This document shows, piece after piece, positions 18,793 to 28,604 of a stretch of 64,000 nt of DNA (the stretch's first letter is position 1; every line of letters starts with the position of its first letter). The position numbers were made by a program, and so were the translations under genes. The stretch lies in assembly GCA_963805085.1 (NCBI GenBank), contig CAWDTA010000003.1, positions 96,001 through 160,000 of the forward strand, written 5' to 3'. The stretch is from an uncultured Veillonellaceae bacterium (lineage in GTDB: Bacteria > Bacillota > Negativicutes > JARBTT01). The notes under the pieces are model-generated. The model made no database searches, was not told where the DNA came from, and was given only the letters and a program-made list of their open reading frames with translations.

Positions 18793-19317
18793 TTACCAAG
18801 TAGTTCCACTAACGATTGCTCCAAGTGTTGCGTTGTTAATAGTAAGAGTGCCAGCCACAGTACTAATACTAGGAGTTACAACTAGGGTATAGGTGGCGCC
18901 GTCTTGATTTGCCTCAAGATCATAAACGAAGAATGAAAAAGTATCCGTAGTAGCTAAAGATACAGTTTGAGGAGGTGTTATGCCAACCGCAAGTTGTCTG
19001 GAGAAAACCCATTGTGGTCCAACAGCAACGAGTAACAGTTGGTTAAAATCCTGCCTGAATATCTGAAAGTTTAAAGTTGCATCAAATTGAGTAGCTGGGA
19101 ATACTATATTACCAGCAAATTCAAGTTTTATAATTTGCTGAGAAAAGCGAGAAGTATTGATAGGAAGTGTAGAAATCGTTGTTCCTGTCGGTGTGCCAAC
19201 TGTTGGTATTGCTATTGTTGCTGTCGTAGGTGTTCCAGGTTTTATAAGAGTTAAAGTTGATTCTGGTTGACAAAGATCATTACATTGATCTTCACAATTA
19301 TTTTTTTTAAAATCCAT
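18793..19317 (-). CDS. DUF4489-like protein
   Basis: KLEFAGNI, LNFQIFR, VGPQWVF, TFSFFVYD and INNATL pattern recalled from clostridial DUF4489 proteins. Confidence 0.75.
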   Translation of the reverse strand: MDFKKNNCEDQCNDLCQPESTLTLIKPGTPTTATIAIPTVGTPTGTTISTLPINTSRFSQQIIKLEFAGNIVFPATQFDATLNFQIFRQDFNQLLLVAVGPQWVFSRQLAVGITPPQTVSLATTDTFSFFVYDLEANQDGATYTLVVTPSISTVAGTLTINNATLGAIVSGTTW

Positions 19318-19382
19318 GTGTTAATTCCCCCTTAAATTTTAGAATAGAGATTTGATACAAATTCACTACCGTTCATACACTT

Positions 19383-19410
19383 CATTATATGAGTCAAATG
19401 AATAAATGTT
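19383..19410 (-). promoter_or_regulatory. SigK-like promoter (AACA-N15-CATATAATG)
   Basis: Minus strand, upstream of the DUF4489-like gene. Confidence 0.45.
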
Positions 19411-19581
19411 CCTATTTTATTTATTTTTATGGGGAAATAAATAATAATTTACAAATTCGATAAGTTATAGATAAAGAATAATTACGTAAACTTAAAATAG
19501 TAATTGGGAATTAGAGTGAAAAGCGACAACTAGGTAGAAAAATGTACTTAATTGCCGCTTTATTGTTTTATTCGATTAATT

Positions 19582-19926
19582 TTAGAATATCCAATGACAC
19601 TTAAAGCACTCATGTTGATCTTTAAAATGATGCCCACATTTTAAGCACATATGACAATCCCATTCACATCTACAACCACACTTCGGACAAATGCGGTCAC
19701 ATTCAAAATGGCATTTTGGACAACAATGTTTTTTATGATCATGGTTGCAGCAATCTTCTTTATGATCATGGTTGCAACAATCTTCTTTATGATTATGGTC
19801 GCAGCAATCTTCTTTATGATTATGGTCGCAGCAATCTTCTTTATGATCATGGTTGCAGCAATCTTCTTTATGATCATGGTTGCAGCAACCTTTTTTAGGG
19901 TTATGATCGCAATAAAAATCTGACAT
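19582..19926 (-). CDS. Cys/His-rich repeat protein (6x CC[ND]H[DN]HKED) with C-terminal CxxC motifs
   Basis: AGGAGG RBS; 114 aa; SigK-like promoter. Confidence 0.8.
   Translation of the reverse strand: MSDFYCDHNPKKGCCNHDHKEDCCNHDHKEDCCDHNHKEDCCDHNHKEDCCNHDHKEDCCNHDHKKHCCPKCHFECDRICPKCGCRCEWDCHMCLKCGHHFKDQHECFKCHWIF
19732..19888. repeat. 27-bp coding tandem repeat, about 5.8 copies
   Basis: Unit tttatgatcatggttgcagcaatcttc with minor variants. Confidence 0.95.
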
Positions 19927-19961
19927 TTAAGATCCTCCTAAGATTTATTTACTTACATTCT

Positions 19962-19990
19962 TAGGTTATGTTTCTTAGCCAATTATTGTG
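19962..19990 (-). promoter_or_regulatory. SigK-like promoter (CACA-N16-CATAACCTA)
   Basis: Near-perfect SigK consensus upstream of the Cys/His repeat gene. Confidence 0.65.
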
Positions 19991-20060
19991 CTTGAATTAT
20001 TGAAAATAGCAGGTAGGAGAATGTAAGGAGAGTTCTTTATATCATATTTATATTACAAAG

Positions 20061-20282
20061 TTATGTAAAGTTTCTTTCTAGTATCATTATTTTATTTTCA
20101 TTTTTATAAAATGTTAATATTCCATTTATAATTTTCTTAGCTTGCTCAGGACTCTTACAACGGTATTTATATGAATTCCTAGAGCTTGATGCTGCTTTAA
20201 AATATATCGCGGAACCATGTACATAAAATGTTTTAAAGTGATCTAAATTGATTACTTTACCGTTAGGAAATTTAATAAGCAT
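20061..20282 (-). CDS. hypothetical small basic protein
   Basis: 73-aa ORF with AGGAGG RBS. Confidence 0.65.
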   Translation of the reverse strand: MLIKFPNGKVINLDHFKTFYVHGSAIYFKAASSSRNSYKYRCKSPEQAKKIINGILTFYKNENKIMILERNFT

Positions 20283-20340
20283 GGAAAATTAACCTCCTTA
20301 CGGAATGGAATCTCCGAATATTTTACATTGTAATTATATT

Positions 20341-20369
20341 AACATAAATGACATAAAGTTCATATAATT
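20341..20369 (+). promoter_or_regulatory. SigK-like promoter (AACA-N16-CATATAATT)
   Basis: Upstream of the Cys-rich coat-like gene. Confidence 0.5.
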
Positions 20370-20426
20370 ATAATGTGGATACTAGATAGTATCTATATTA
20401 TTAAATATAGTTGAGGTGTTATTATT

Positions 20427-21107
20427 ATGACTGAAGGTGAATGTGCTAAAGAAAATTGTTTTATTATATGTAAGGATAAATCTGTAACAAACGAATGTAT
20501 AAGAGTCAATAAAATTTATGACTGGGTTATGCTAAATACTGATGAAATAAAACAAGTGGCTATTCCTACAGCAGATCTTGCAACCTTACAGGCACTTGTT
20601 GATGCAGGTCATCTTTTGGAAGTTGTAGGTACGATAACTGTCGCCGATATAACCACAAGAATTGTAAGCGTGGTTAGAAAAAATATTATTATTCATTGTA
20701 AAAAAACTGAAATTGGTTGTGCACAAATTCTTAAGACAGTCCCTCTTACAATAGAAGTTTACGATCTGACCACGGGTTCTACAACTCCTGTTGTCATTTT
20801 TTCAGTAACTTTTCAAGTATTAGAAAGAGTAGGACTATGTTTCCCCGAGGAATTCACTGTTGATAATATTACAATTCATGTTCGTAGTGCAGACGCCATT
20901 TCATTGAGCAATACTCCGGTTAATGGAAATTTTATTTTTGAAATTTCTATTTGTCAAGACGTACAAGTAGAAACAGAAGTAAAATTAGAAGTGCAAGGCA
21001 AATTCTGTGAGCCTAGAAAGAATAATCTTGATTGCGGAATTAATGGGTGTATTTGTCAAAAACCTACATTTCCAAAACAATGTCCTGATATTTTCCCTGT
21101 TGAGTAA
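20427..21107 (+). CDS. Cys-rich spore coat/exosporium morphogenetic-like protein
   Basis: ECIRVNKIYDWV and CQDVQVETEVKLEVQGKFCEPR resemble, from memory, the Bacillus BMQ_0737-type coat proteins. Confidence 0.65.
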   Translation: MTEGECAKENCFIICKDKSVTNECIRVNKIYDWVMLNTDEIKQVAIPTADLATLQALVDAGHLLEVVGTITVADITTRIVSVVRKNIIIHCKKTEIGCAQILKTVPLTIEVYDLTTGSTTPVVIFSVTFQVLERVGLCFPEEFTVDNITIHVRSADAISLSNTPVNGNFIFEISICQDVQVETEVKLEVQGKFCEPRKNNLDCGINGCICQKPTFPKQCPDIFPVE

Positions 21108-21199
21108 AAAAGTGGAGAGTATAAGAAGCTCTCCACTTTCTTTATTATAGAGAAAATATGGTTGTTATATATCCATACAAAAGGCAAGGGGGCAATTGA

Positions 21200-21673
21200 A
21201 TGATTATATTACTAGTATTTGCACTTGCATCAGTTTTTGTATATGTTTTTATAAAAGAAGGCCTAAATCATAAAATATATGATTGGAACGTTAAAAATAT
21301 GTTAATGCTACTTTCTATTGCTTGTATTATAAGTACAATATGGACCTTTCTACCTGAAATTCAATTGGGCATCATTATCTTAGCTTCATCTGGCTTAAGT
21401 TATCTGATCATCTGTCATATGATGAATAGAAAAAGTAATGCAGAAAACCCGCAACGGATATATGTAAATCAAGAACAAGGAAATTCACAAATAATGGATT
21501 CTAAAGAAGGTAGCATAGGAAAGCAGCAGCTAGAAAAACATTGTCAGATCATACGTCAAAATAAAAATTATACAAAAGAAGAATTTGTACGTGAAGTAAA
21601 TAATCAAAATATTGCCATCAGTACATCTTTGTTAGAAAGGTTGAATGATAAAGATAGCAACAGTAGCATTTAA
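21200..21673 (+). CDS. hypothetical membrane protein
   Basis: Three hydrophobic N-terminal segments; GGGGG RBS. Confidence 0.65.
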   Translation: MIILLVFALASVFVYVFIKEGLNHKIYDWNVKNMLMLLSIACIISTIWTFLPEIQLGIIILASSGLSYLIICHMMNRKSNAENPQRIYVNQEQGNSQIMDSKEGSIGKQQLEKHCQIIRQNKNYTKEEFVREVNNQNIAISTSLLERLNDKDSNSSI

Positions 21674-21759
21674 TAAAGTGTGTCCACGATGATGATATTG
21701 CTTTAAAGCGATTAGTTATTTAAATAATAGGACTTATATCTATGGGATTACCGCCATTA

Positions 21760-21810
21760 AAACCAAATGACTGCAAGATATGAATTAAGATATCTTGCAG
21801 TCATTTGGTT
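21760..21810 (+). terminator. inverted repeat, likely terminator
   Basis: aaccaaatgactgcaagatat / atatcttgcagtcatttggtt. Confidence 0.65.
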
Positions 21811-22043
21811 ACTAATATTACCTCACTACATTTCTATTATAAGAGATGGCAATAGAAATGAAATGATCTATCAGATCAAAAAGGAAAAAACAGTTTTATT
21901 TCTGTAGCAATTTAGCAGGGGTTTTGTCACTTTACGGAGAATTTAGAAATTAATTTACAAATTTTATAAGTCAACTGTATCTGTAGATCGTGAGGATTTG
22001 ATTGCTTAAAATAATAAAAAGCATCTTTGGAGGTTAATAATGA

Positions 22044-22817
22044 ATGAGTAAATTTGTAGTGCCATCTTATAAAAGTGATAATTTTCATTGCCCAATTTGT
22101 GGGGTTTATTCGCATCAGAACTGGCGAGAGTTATACGTTGGCTCGGGGTATGCTGATGATAATTTGCCTTTTCAATGGCGAACGAATCTCAGCTATCGAC
22201 CTTATCCATTAACTGTTTCTTACTGTGAGCATTGTAAATGTTTTTCGCTTTGGGCTGGGGATAAATTGATCATTCCGTCGGCATCTACGTTGCCTCATCC
22301 ACATGTAGAGACACCAACTAAAGTATCAAAAACCTACTTGGAAGCGATGAATGTATATCCTTCTTCAGTGAGAGCTGCTGAGGCATTAATTCGGATTGCA
22401 TTACAAGAATTGGTTACTGAATTGGGTGACCAAGGTAATAACATTACGGAAGATGTTGCTCGATTTGTCGAAGATGGATTACCGGCACAACTTCAGCAGG
22501 CGTTAGAATATCTTGGTGTAATAGGTGATTGTCCCGTGGAGCCGGAGGTTATTCATACGGAAGATAACCGGGATGAAACAATCGCGTTATTTGAAATTTT
22601 TAATTTAATAGTGGAATACATGATTACCAAGAAAAAACAGATGAAAACCTTATATAACAAGTTACCAAAAAAAGAATTGCTGAGTAAGGAACTGCCAGAA
22701 CAAGATCTTTTTCAAGCGGAAGAGTTAGGCGATGAAGAATTAACAATTGCTGTAAGCAACGAAAAAATAGAAATTGAGAGCAATAAACAAGTTGGAACAG
22801 TTGATCAGTTAGTATAA
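22044..22817 (+). CDS. DUF4145 domain protein with N-terminal Zn-ribbon-like CxxC pairs
   Basis: CPIC...CEHC; S.RAA.ALIRIALQ.L helix pattern. Confidence 0.75.
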   Translation: MSKFVVPSYKSDNFHCPICGVYSHQNWRELYVGSGYADDNLPFQWRTNLSYRPYPLTVSYCEHCKCFSLWAGDKLIIPSASTLPHPHVETPTKVSKTYLEAMNVYPSSVRAAEALIRIALQELVTELGDQGNNITEDVARFVEDGLPAQLQQALEYLGVIGDCPVEPEVIHTEDNRDETIALFEIFNLIVEYMITKKKQMKTLYNKLPKKELLSKELPEQDLFQAEELGDEELTIAVSNEKIEIESNKQVGTVDQLV

Positions 22818-22895
22818 TAATTGATTTTCTAGAATATACAATAAATAAGCCTATTATTTTGAAAACTTAGTAGTTCAAAATAATAGGCTTATTGT

Positions 22896-23294
22896 TTACG
22901 ATTTCAGCTTTGCTTGTGCTTTTTGAAGAAACTTATCGGCAGAAACGATAAATCGTTCATGTGTACCTTCGCCAATTTTTTCTTTTTCGTCAAAAGCAGT
23001 AACGTTAAAAAGCAGCTTATTTCCATTAATTTCAATCAATTCACTGACAGCGCGTACTTTCATCCCAAGCGGTGTTGCTGCTAAATGTTGAATGGCTAAG
23101 CTGATACCAACGGTGCTCATACCTTCTGCTAATTCATTCTCAACGCTTGCTGCGGCAGCTCCTTCCATCAAAGCTACCATTGCGGGTGTTGCATATACAG
23201 GCAAGTTGCCACTGCCATAGTGAATAGCGGTATTTGTTTCAATGACGAATTCCATTTTTTCATTCTTGATACCAATTTTAAAAGTTGAATCCAA
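22896..23294 (-). CDS. fluoroacetyl-CoA thioesterase (FlK) family protein
   Basis: GSG..PVYATPAMVALME, IQHLAATP and GTHERF motifs. TTG start 6 nt after GAGGTG. Confidence 0.88.
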   Translation of the reverse strand: MDSTFKIGIKNEKMEFVIETNTAIHYGSGNLPVYATPAMVALMEGAAAASVENELAEGMSTVGISLAIQHLAATPLGMKVRAVSELIEINGNKLLFNVTAFDEKEKIGEGTHERFIVSADKFLQKAQAKLKS

Positions 23295-23565
23295 TCGTAT
23301 CACCTCAAATAAATTTGTTTTTCTTGCTTTAGTATTTATATAAAATTTTTTATTGTATACTTATTGTAGACTATTTTGTGGTATTTACCAAGGAGTATCA
23401 TTCTGAACGGCTAAAATTCAAAAGTGTAGTAACTTAGTTCCGCTATTGGTTTATATTCCTAAATTTAAATTGCTAGAAAAGTAAAACACGACTATAATAG
23501 TTATGTTAAGTTTTGTTTATGAAACCCTAGCTAATCACAAACATGATGAAGGAGAGGTTTTTTAA

Positions 23566-24441
23566 TTGTATACTTTAGAAAATGAAACAATAAAAATTAC
23601 AGTTAGTGAGCATGGGGCGGAGCTTCACTCTATTACGGGGAAAAAAGAAGGTACAGAGTATCTATGGAATGGTGATGAAAAGTACTGGAAATATCATTCC
23701 CCCGTTTTATTCCCGATTGTTGGGAAACTTGTTGATTCAACCTATAGTGTTGATCAGAAAACTTATCAATTGCCAGCACATGGATTTGGTAGAATCTCTG
23801 AATTTCAAATGATTAATAAAGTGGAAGAGTCTATTACCTTAGAATTAGCATATTCAGAGGAAACTTTAAAGGTATATCCTTATCGCTTTTCTTTACAAAT
23901 TACATATGTGCTTGCAGAGAATTCGGTAAAGGTCATTTGGAAAGTCATTAATTTAGACGACAAAACAATTTTCTTTTCAATTGGAGCACATCCAGCGCTA
24001 ATGTGTCCAATTGATCAAAAAGATCGTTTAGAAGATTGCTATTTAGAATTCGATCAGCTAGAAACTGCTGAAATTATGAAGATTACGCCAGAATGTTACT
24101 TGAAGCGTCAGAAAAAATCATGTCTAGAACATACGAAAACATTGCCACTTTCGCAGGATACTTTTAAAAATGGTGTACTTATTTTTGATGAACTGAAATC
24201 GGATATGATTACGATAAAATCAAAAAATAATGCGAAAACCATCAGTGTCAAAGCGGAAGGCTTTCCTTATTGGGGAATCTGGGCACCAGAAGCTGGCGCA
24301 CCATTTTTATGTTTAGAACCTTGGTTCGGACATGCAGATTATGCTGACTTTAAGGGAGAATTTTCAGAAAAAGCTGGTAATAATTCATTGAAAATTGGTG
24401 ATAAGTTCAGTTGCTGTTATGAAATTAAAATTGGACAATAA
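23566..24441 (+). CDS. aldose 1-epimerase family protein (LacX-like)
   Basis: SPVLFPIVG, HGFGR, GAHP and CLEPW motifs. Confidence 0.9.
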   Translation: MYTLENETIKITVSEHGAELHSITGKKEGTEYLWNGDEKYWKYHSPVLFPIVGKLVDSTYSVDQKTYQLPAHGFGRISEFQMINKVEESITLELAYSEETLKVYPYRFSLQITYVLAENSVKVIWKVINLDDKTIFFSIGAHPALMCPIDQKDRLEDCYLEFDQLETAEIMKITPECYLKRQKKSCLEHTKTLPLSQDTFKNGVLIFDELKSDMITIKSKNNAKTISVKAEGFPYWGIWAPEAGAPFLCLEPWFGHADYADFKGEFSEKAGNNSLKIGDKFSCCYEIKIGQ

Positions 24442-24482
24442 ACAAAGAGCTGATTGCAAATTTGCAATCAGCTCTTTGTTTA
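24439..24482. terminator. 44-bp perfect palindrome, bidirectional terminator
   Basis: taaacaaagagctgattgcaaa|tttgcaatcagctctttgttta between convergent genes. Confidence 0.8.
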
Positions 24483-24513
24483 GTAGTGATCCTTACCGTT
24501 CTTACGTATGAGA

Positions 24514-25464
24514 TTAGAGCTTATCAAGCATACTTTCTAACAGCAGTAGTTCTTCCATATCATTTAAGAATTGATATAAAATGCTTCTGTTTTCAAATTC
24601 TGCTCGATCTTGAGGAAGTGGCATCGTTGTAAAGCTTGTTCTTAAATTTCTAAGTTCAGTTAATTGGTTGTTAGTCATTGTATAGTCTGAAATAGAATGA
24701 GCTACTTTTGTGGAAAAATTAGCAATAATAATGGTTTGTTTATATGTAATTGATAAACGTTCAAAAATTTTTTTCATACTTAACAAACAGTTTAATTGTT
24801 GCTGGCGAATCTCCATATATTGTCTATGATTATTATTCGCTGTGAAAATTTTATTGTTATAGTTGATATGGGCGATATCGGAACCTTCTTTTAAGGTTAA
24901 TTTAAGTTGATTAAATAAGTTGTTTTCTTCAATCGAGCATGATTGATCACGCAGTGACTCAGACATGATTAAAAGTATAGAGCTGATCAAATTTTCAATG
25001 AACTGTTGTTTTTCTTTGAATTTATGTTCCAGATTAGGCATAAATAAATTTAGGATTAATGCAATTGTAACACCAATTGCTACTAAATACAGTTGATTTA
25101 GTAAAAATGAGAATTGAGTGTTTTGTTCAACTAATAAATGGGTAATCAATACAGCGCTATTAACAATACCCTCCTGCAATTTCAAACGTACTGTTAAAGG
25201 AATAAAAATCAATAGAAATAAACCAAAAATAAATGGAGTATAGCCAAGGAGTCTAAATAATATTACTGAAATAAATAGAGCTAATAAAAAAGCACCTATT
25301 ATTTTTATAGCAAGTTGAATGGACTGCTTTCGCGTGTTTTGTAAGCTAAGAATTGTGATAATGCCCGCCGATGTAGCATCATTTAGCTCAAGCGTGATTG
25401 CAATATACATTGCGACCGCAACACCAAATGCCGTTTTTAAAGTTCTATAGCCAATAAAGTTCAT
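24514..25464 (-). CDS. aromatic acid exporter (ArAE/YqjA) family protein
   Basis: GYRTLKTA, SAGIITILS and LPQDRAEFENR motifs. Confidence 0.88.
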   Translation of the reverse strand: MNFIGYRTLKTAFGVAVAMYIAITLELNDATSAGIITILSLQNTRKQSIQLAIKIIGAFLLALFISVILFRLLGYTPFIFGLFLLIFIPLTVRLKLQEGIVNSAVLITHLLVEQNTQFSFLLNQLYLVAIGVTIALILNLFMPNLEHKFKEKQQFIENLISSILLIMSESLRDQSCSIEENNLFNQLKLTLKEGSDIAHINYNNKIFTANNNHRQYMEIRQQQLNCLLSMKKIFERLSITYKQTIIIANFSTKVAHSISDYTMTNNQLTELRNLRTSFTTMPLPQDRAEFENRSILYQFLNDMEELLLLESMLDKL

Positions 25465-25818
25465 AATTTCCCTCCAATTATTGTATGAAATAAGTATAAG
25501 AGTTATTGTTATTATAAGATTAAATGTTCGAAATAGTCTAGTAAATAGTAAAGTAAAAAGCGTTTACAAGATAGATCAAATATGTTTTATAGCTGTTAAA
25601 TTTGACAGTGAAAAGCAAATAGAGTATTATTATTATGTAGTAAAGGCGTTCAAAGTAATTTGGGGGTCTTTTTGTTTTTTTAATTATTTTGTGTATATAA
25701 TATTCATCAAACAACTTTGAATAGTTGCATTAAAGTGGCTGGATGCTTGATATAATGAGAAATTCTTCAGATGAGCAGGTAAAAAAATGTGAAAGATTTG
25801 ATGAAAGAGGTTAGATAA

Positions 25819-27228
25819 ATGGATTTTTTTGGTTTAGCGCTTGGCTTTTGTAATGATATTTTATGGTCTTATGTTTTAATTATTATGTTAATTAGTGTGG
25901 GCGTGTATTTTTCTTTTCGGACCAAATTCGTGCAAATTCGTTTCATCCGTGAAATGTTCCGTTTGTTAGGCGAAGGTGTTGGTGTGAAAGCTAGCGAGAA
26001 TAAGGTTTCGTCCTTTCAAGCCTTTTGTATTAGCACGGCATCGCGTGTTGGTGTTGGTAATATTGCTGGCATTGCAATTGCAATTGTGACGGGAGGACCA
26101 GGTGCTATTTTATGGATGTGGATTCTTGCAATTTTAGGTTCTGCTACTGGTTTTGTTGAAAGTACATTAGCGCAGATTTATAAAATTCAAGATGCCAATG
26201 GTGGGTATCGCGGCGGACCTGCGTACTATATTAAAAATGCCTTGGGAAAACCGGGGATAGCGGCATTCTTTGCGATTTTAATTAGTATTACATTCGGTCT
26301 TATTTTTAATTCGGTGCAAGCTAATACGATCACCATCGCGTTGCAATCAGCATTCGGCCTCGAACGTATGACCACGGGAATCTTGATTACCATATTAACA
26401 GCGATGACTATTTTTGGTGGGGTAAAGAGAATCGCAACCGTGTCAGAATGGTTAGTGCCGATTATGGCAGGTGTATATATATTGGTAGCACTTTATATAA
26501 CCATTAGCAATATTGGTCTATTACCTAGCGCTTTTAAAAGTATCATTGCTAATGCATTTAGTCCCGATGCCGCAGTGGGAGGCGGACTTGGCGCCGCGAT
26601 GATGGCTGGTATCAAACGTGGACTATTCTCGAATGAAGCTGGTATGGGGTCCGTACCAAATGCGGCTGCAGCTGCTGAGGCTTCTCATCCAGTGAAACAA
26701 GGACTAATTCAAGCACTTGGCGTGTTTGTTGACACCTTAATGGTTTGTACATCTTCGGCATTTATTGTTCTATTGACAACGGATTATGCAGCGACAAATT
26801 TAACGGGAATCGAATTGGTACAAGCAGCGCTTACTACGCATTTAGGAGCAAGTGCACCAGCATTATTAGCAATTTTTGTGCTTATGTTTGCCTTTAGTTC
26901 TATCATAGGAAATTACTATTATGGTGAAAGTAATATTGGTTTCTTACATTCTAGTAAAACCTGGCTTACCATTTTCCGTATTACTGTTATTGCTATGGTG
27001 TTGTTTGGTTCAGTAGCAAAAGTATCTATCGTATGGGATATGGCCGATTTATTTATGGCATTGATGGCAATTACAAATTTAATTGCGATTGTGTTCCTAG
27101 CCAAATATGCATTAATTGCACTCAATGATTATGCTGACCAAAAACGTAGAGGGATTAAAGAACCTACTTTTGATCCAAGTATTTTACCAAGTCAACAAGG
27201 TATCCAAGTTTGGCAAAAAAGTAAATAA
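25819..27228 (+). CDS. alanine/glycine:cation symporter (AGCS, AlsT-like)
   Basis: RVGVGNIAG, GGPGA and RGLFSNEAGMGS motifs. Confidence 0.95.
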   Translation: MDFFGLALGFCNDILWSYVLIIMLISVGVYFSFRTKFVQIRFIREMFRLLGEGVGVKASENKVSSFQAFCISTASRVGVGNIAGIAIAIVTGGPGAILWMWILAILGSATGFVESTLAQIYKIQDANGGYRGGPAYYIKNALGKPGIAAFFAILISITFGLIFNSVQANTITIALQSAFGLERMTTGILITILTAMTIFGGVKRIATVSEWLVPIMAGVYILVALYITISNIGLLPSAFKSIIANAFSPDAAVGGGLGAAMMAGIKRGLFSNEAGMGSVPNAAAAAEASHPVKQGLIQALGVFVDTLMVCTSSAFIVLLTTDYAATNLTGIELVQAALTTHLGASAPALLAIFVLMFAFSSIIGNYYYGESNIGFLHSSKTWLTIFRITVIAMVLFGSVAKVSIVWDMADLFMALMAITNLIAIVFLAKYALIALNDYADQKRRGIKEPTFDPSILPSQQGIQVWQKSK

Positions 27229-27258
27229 CATAAAAACAGCAAAACAGCTGTTTCAGTT

Positions 27259-27308
27259 CAAATAAAAAGGGTGTGAATAGAAATTTCTATTCACACCCTT
27301 TTTATTTG
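27259..27308. terminator. 50-bp perfect palindrome, bidirectional terminator
   Basis: caaataaaaagggtgtgaatagaaa|tttctattcacaccctttttatttg. Confidence 0.8.
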
Positions 27309-28294
27309 TGTAGTAACTTAAAACTTTCGCGTTCAATAATTCTTGGCGAAATGATTGTTTTTTGTGGTACTTCCTTGCCAGCTAGGATATCAATTAACTT
27401 ATTTACAGCCGTAGGACAAAGAATATCCAATCTATTATCCACACTGGTTAATTCTGGCGTAGTACACTTGGCTAAAATTGAATTATTAAAGCCGATTACC
27501 GGGATATTGAGCCCAGCTTTGATCGTGGCTTTTTGGATACCAACGGCTAGTAAATCTTCTGCCGCAATCGCTGCGGAAAACTCTATCCTACTTTGTAGCA
27601 GTTCCGTCGTTTTTTGCATCGCCGCTTCAGTGGTTTTGGAAATTCTGTGAAAAAGCTGACTGTCCTCGGGGAGTTTGTATTTTTTTAGCCCTTGTTTATA
27701 GCCTAAGAGCTTTTGTTGTCCACCAAACGTCAAGGCATCATAGAGGTATAAAATTTTATCGTAGCCTTGTTTGTGTAATAGTTCTACATTTTTCATAATC
27801 GCTTTTTTCTCATCACATAAGACACAATAAATATTTTGGTGATCCATTAAGCCATTGATGATGATGATAGGAATTTGTTTGGCGGTTTCTTCAATGTAAG
27901 TATGGTCTTCAAGTTCACTAAAAGGAGAACCAATTAAAATAATTGCATCTACGCGTTTCTCAAGGAGCAGTTGTAGATATTTTTTCTTATCTTCTAGTTC
28001 ATTACCAGTACAGGCTAATAAAACATCGAAGCCACGTGTTCTAAGATCACGTTCTACAAGTGAGACTGCTTTGGCGAAAAATGTATCAGAGACATCTGTA
28101 CATAAAATGCCAATCATTTTCATCGAATTTAGACCGAGCCCACGGGCAAATGCATTTGGTGTGTAATTTTGTTCGCGCATCATAGCAAGAACTTTATCTC
28201 TGGTTTTGTTACTTACTTTAGAACTGCCGTTTAATACTCTAGAAACAGTAGCAATAGAAACATTACAGCAGCGTGCAATATCGTAGATCGTCAT
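27302..28294 (-). CDS. LacI family regulator (ExuR/UxaR-like)
   Basis: TIYDIA...VSIATVSRVLN HTH; divergent from uxaB. Confidence 0.93.
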   Translation of the reverse strand: MTIYDIARCCNVSIATVSRVLNGSSKVSNKTRDKVLAMMREQNYTPNAFARGLGLNSMKMIGILCTDVSDTFFAKAVSLVERDLRTRGFDVLLACTGNELEDKKKYLQLLLEKRVDAIILIGSPFSELEDHTYIEETAKQIPIIIINGLMDHQNIYCVLCDEKKAIMKNVELLHKQGYDKILYLYDALTFGGQQKLLGYKQGLKKYKLPEDSQLFHRISKTTEAAMQKTTELLQSRIEFSAAIAAEDLLAVGIQKATIKAGLNIPVIGFNNSILAKCTTPELTSVDNRLDILCPTAVNKLIDILAGKEVPQKTIISPRIIERESFKLLHK

Positions 28295-28508
28295 TCATTT
28301 CACCTCGTGGTATAGTACCGTACGTCACCTAAAAGCATGGATAAACTTGTGGGATTTTATTTAATGTTTTAAATGATGTACGGTACTAATTTATATCATA
28401 AGTATAACGGAATTTTTCCTAAAATCAATAAATTTTAAAGAAAATTTATTGATAATTATTAAAATTGTCGCTAAATTGTAAATATTTCATAAATTCGTAA
28501 TGTTTATA

Positions 28509-28558
28509 TTGACATACATTAAATTAATGATAAAATAAAAAATGTAAGCACTTACATT
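28509..28558 (+). promoter_or_regulatory. sigma-A promoter (TTGACA 28509, TAAAAT 28531) with LacI-type operator AATGTAAG-CA-CTTACATT (28541-28558)
   Basis: Palindrome over the start site of the uxa operon. Confidence 0.75.
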
Positions 28559-28604
28559 GTAAAAAACATACTATACTTTTCGGGCAAAGGAGAGTTTTGA
28601 TTAG

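Noticed and set aside
19641-19923. Alternative-frame repeat ORFs, and a possible CRISPR array
   Set aside because: The 27-bp repeats are head-to-tail with no spacers and no cas genes nearby. Only the 19926 frame has an RBS and promoter.
25481-25720. 79-aa plus-strand ORF between divergent genes
   Set aside because: AT-rich promoter region, TTG start, no RBS.
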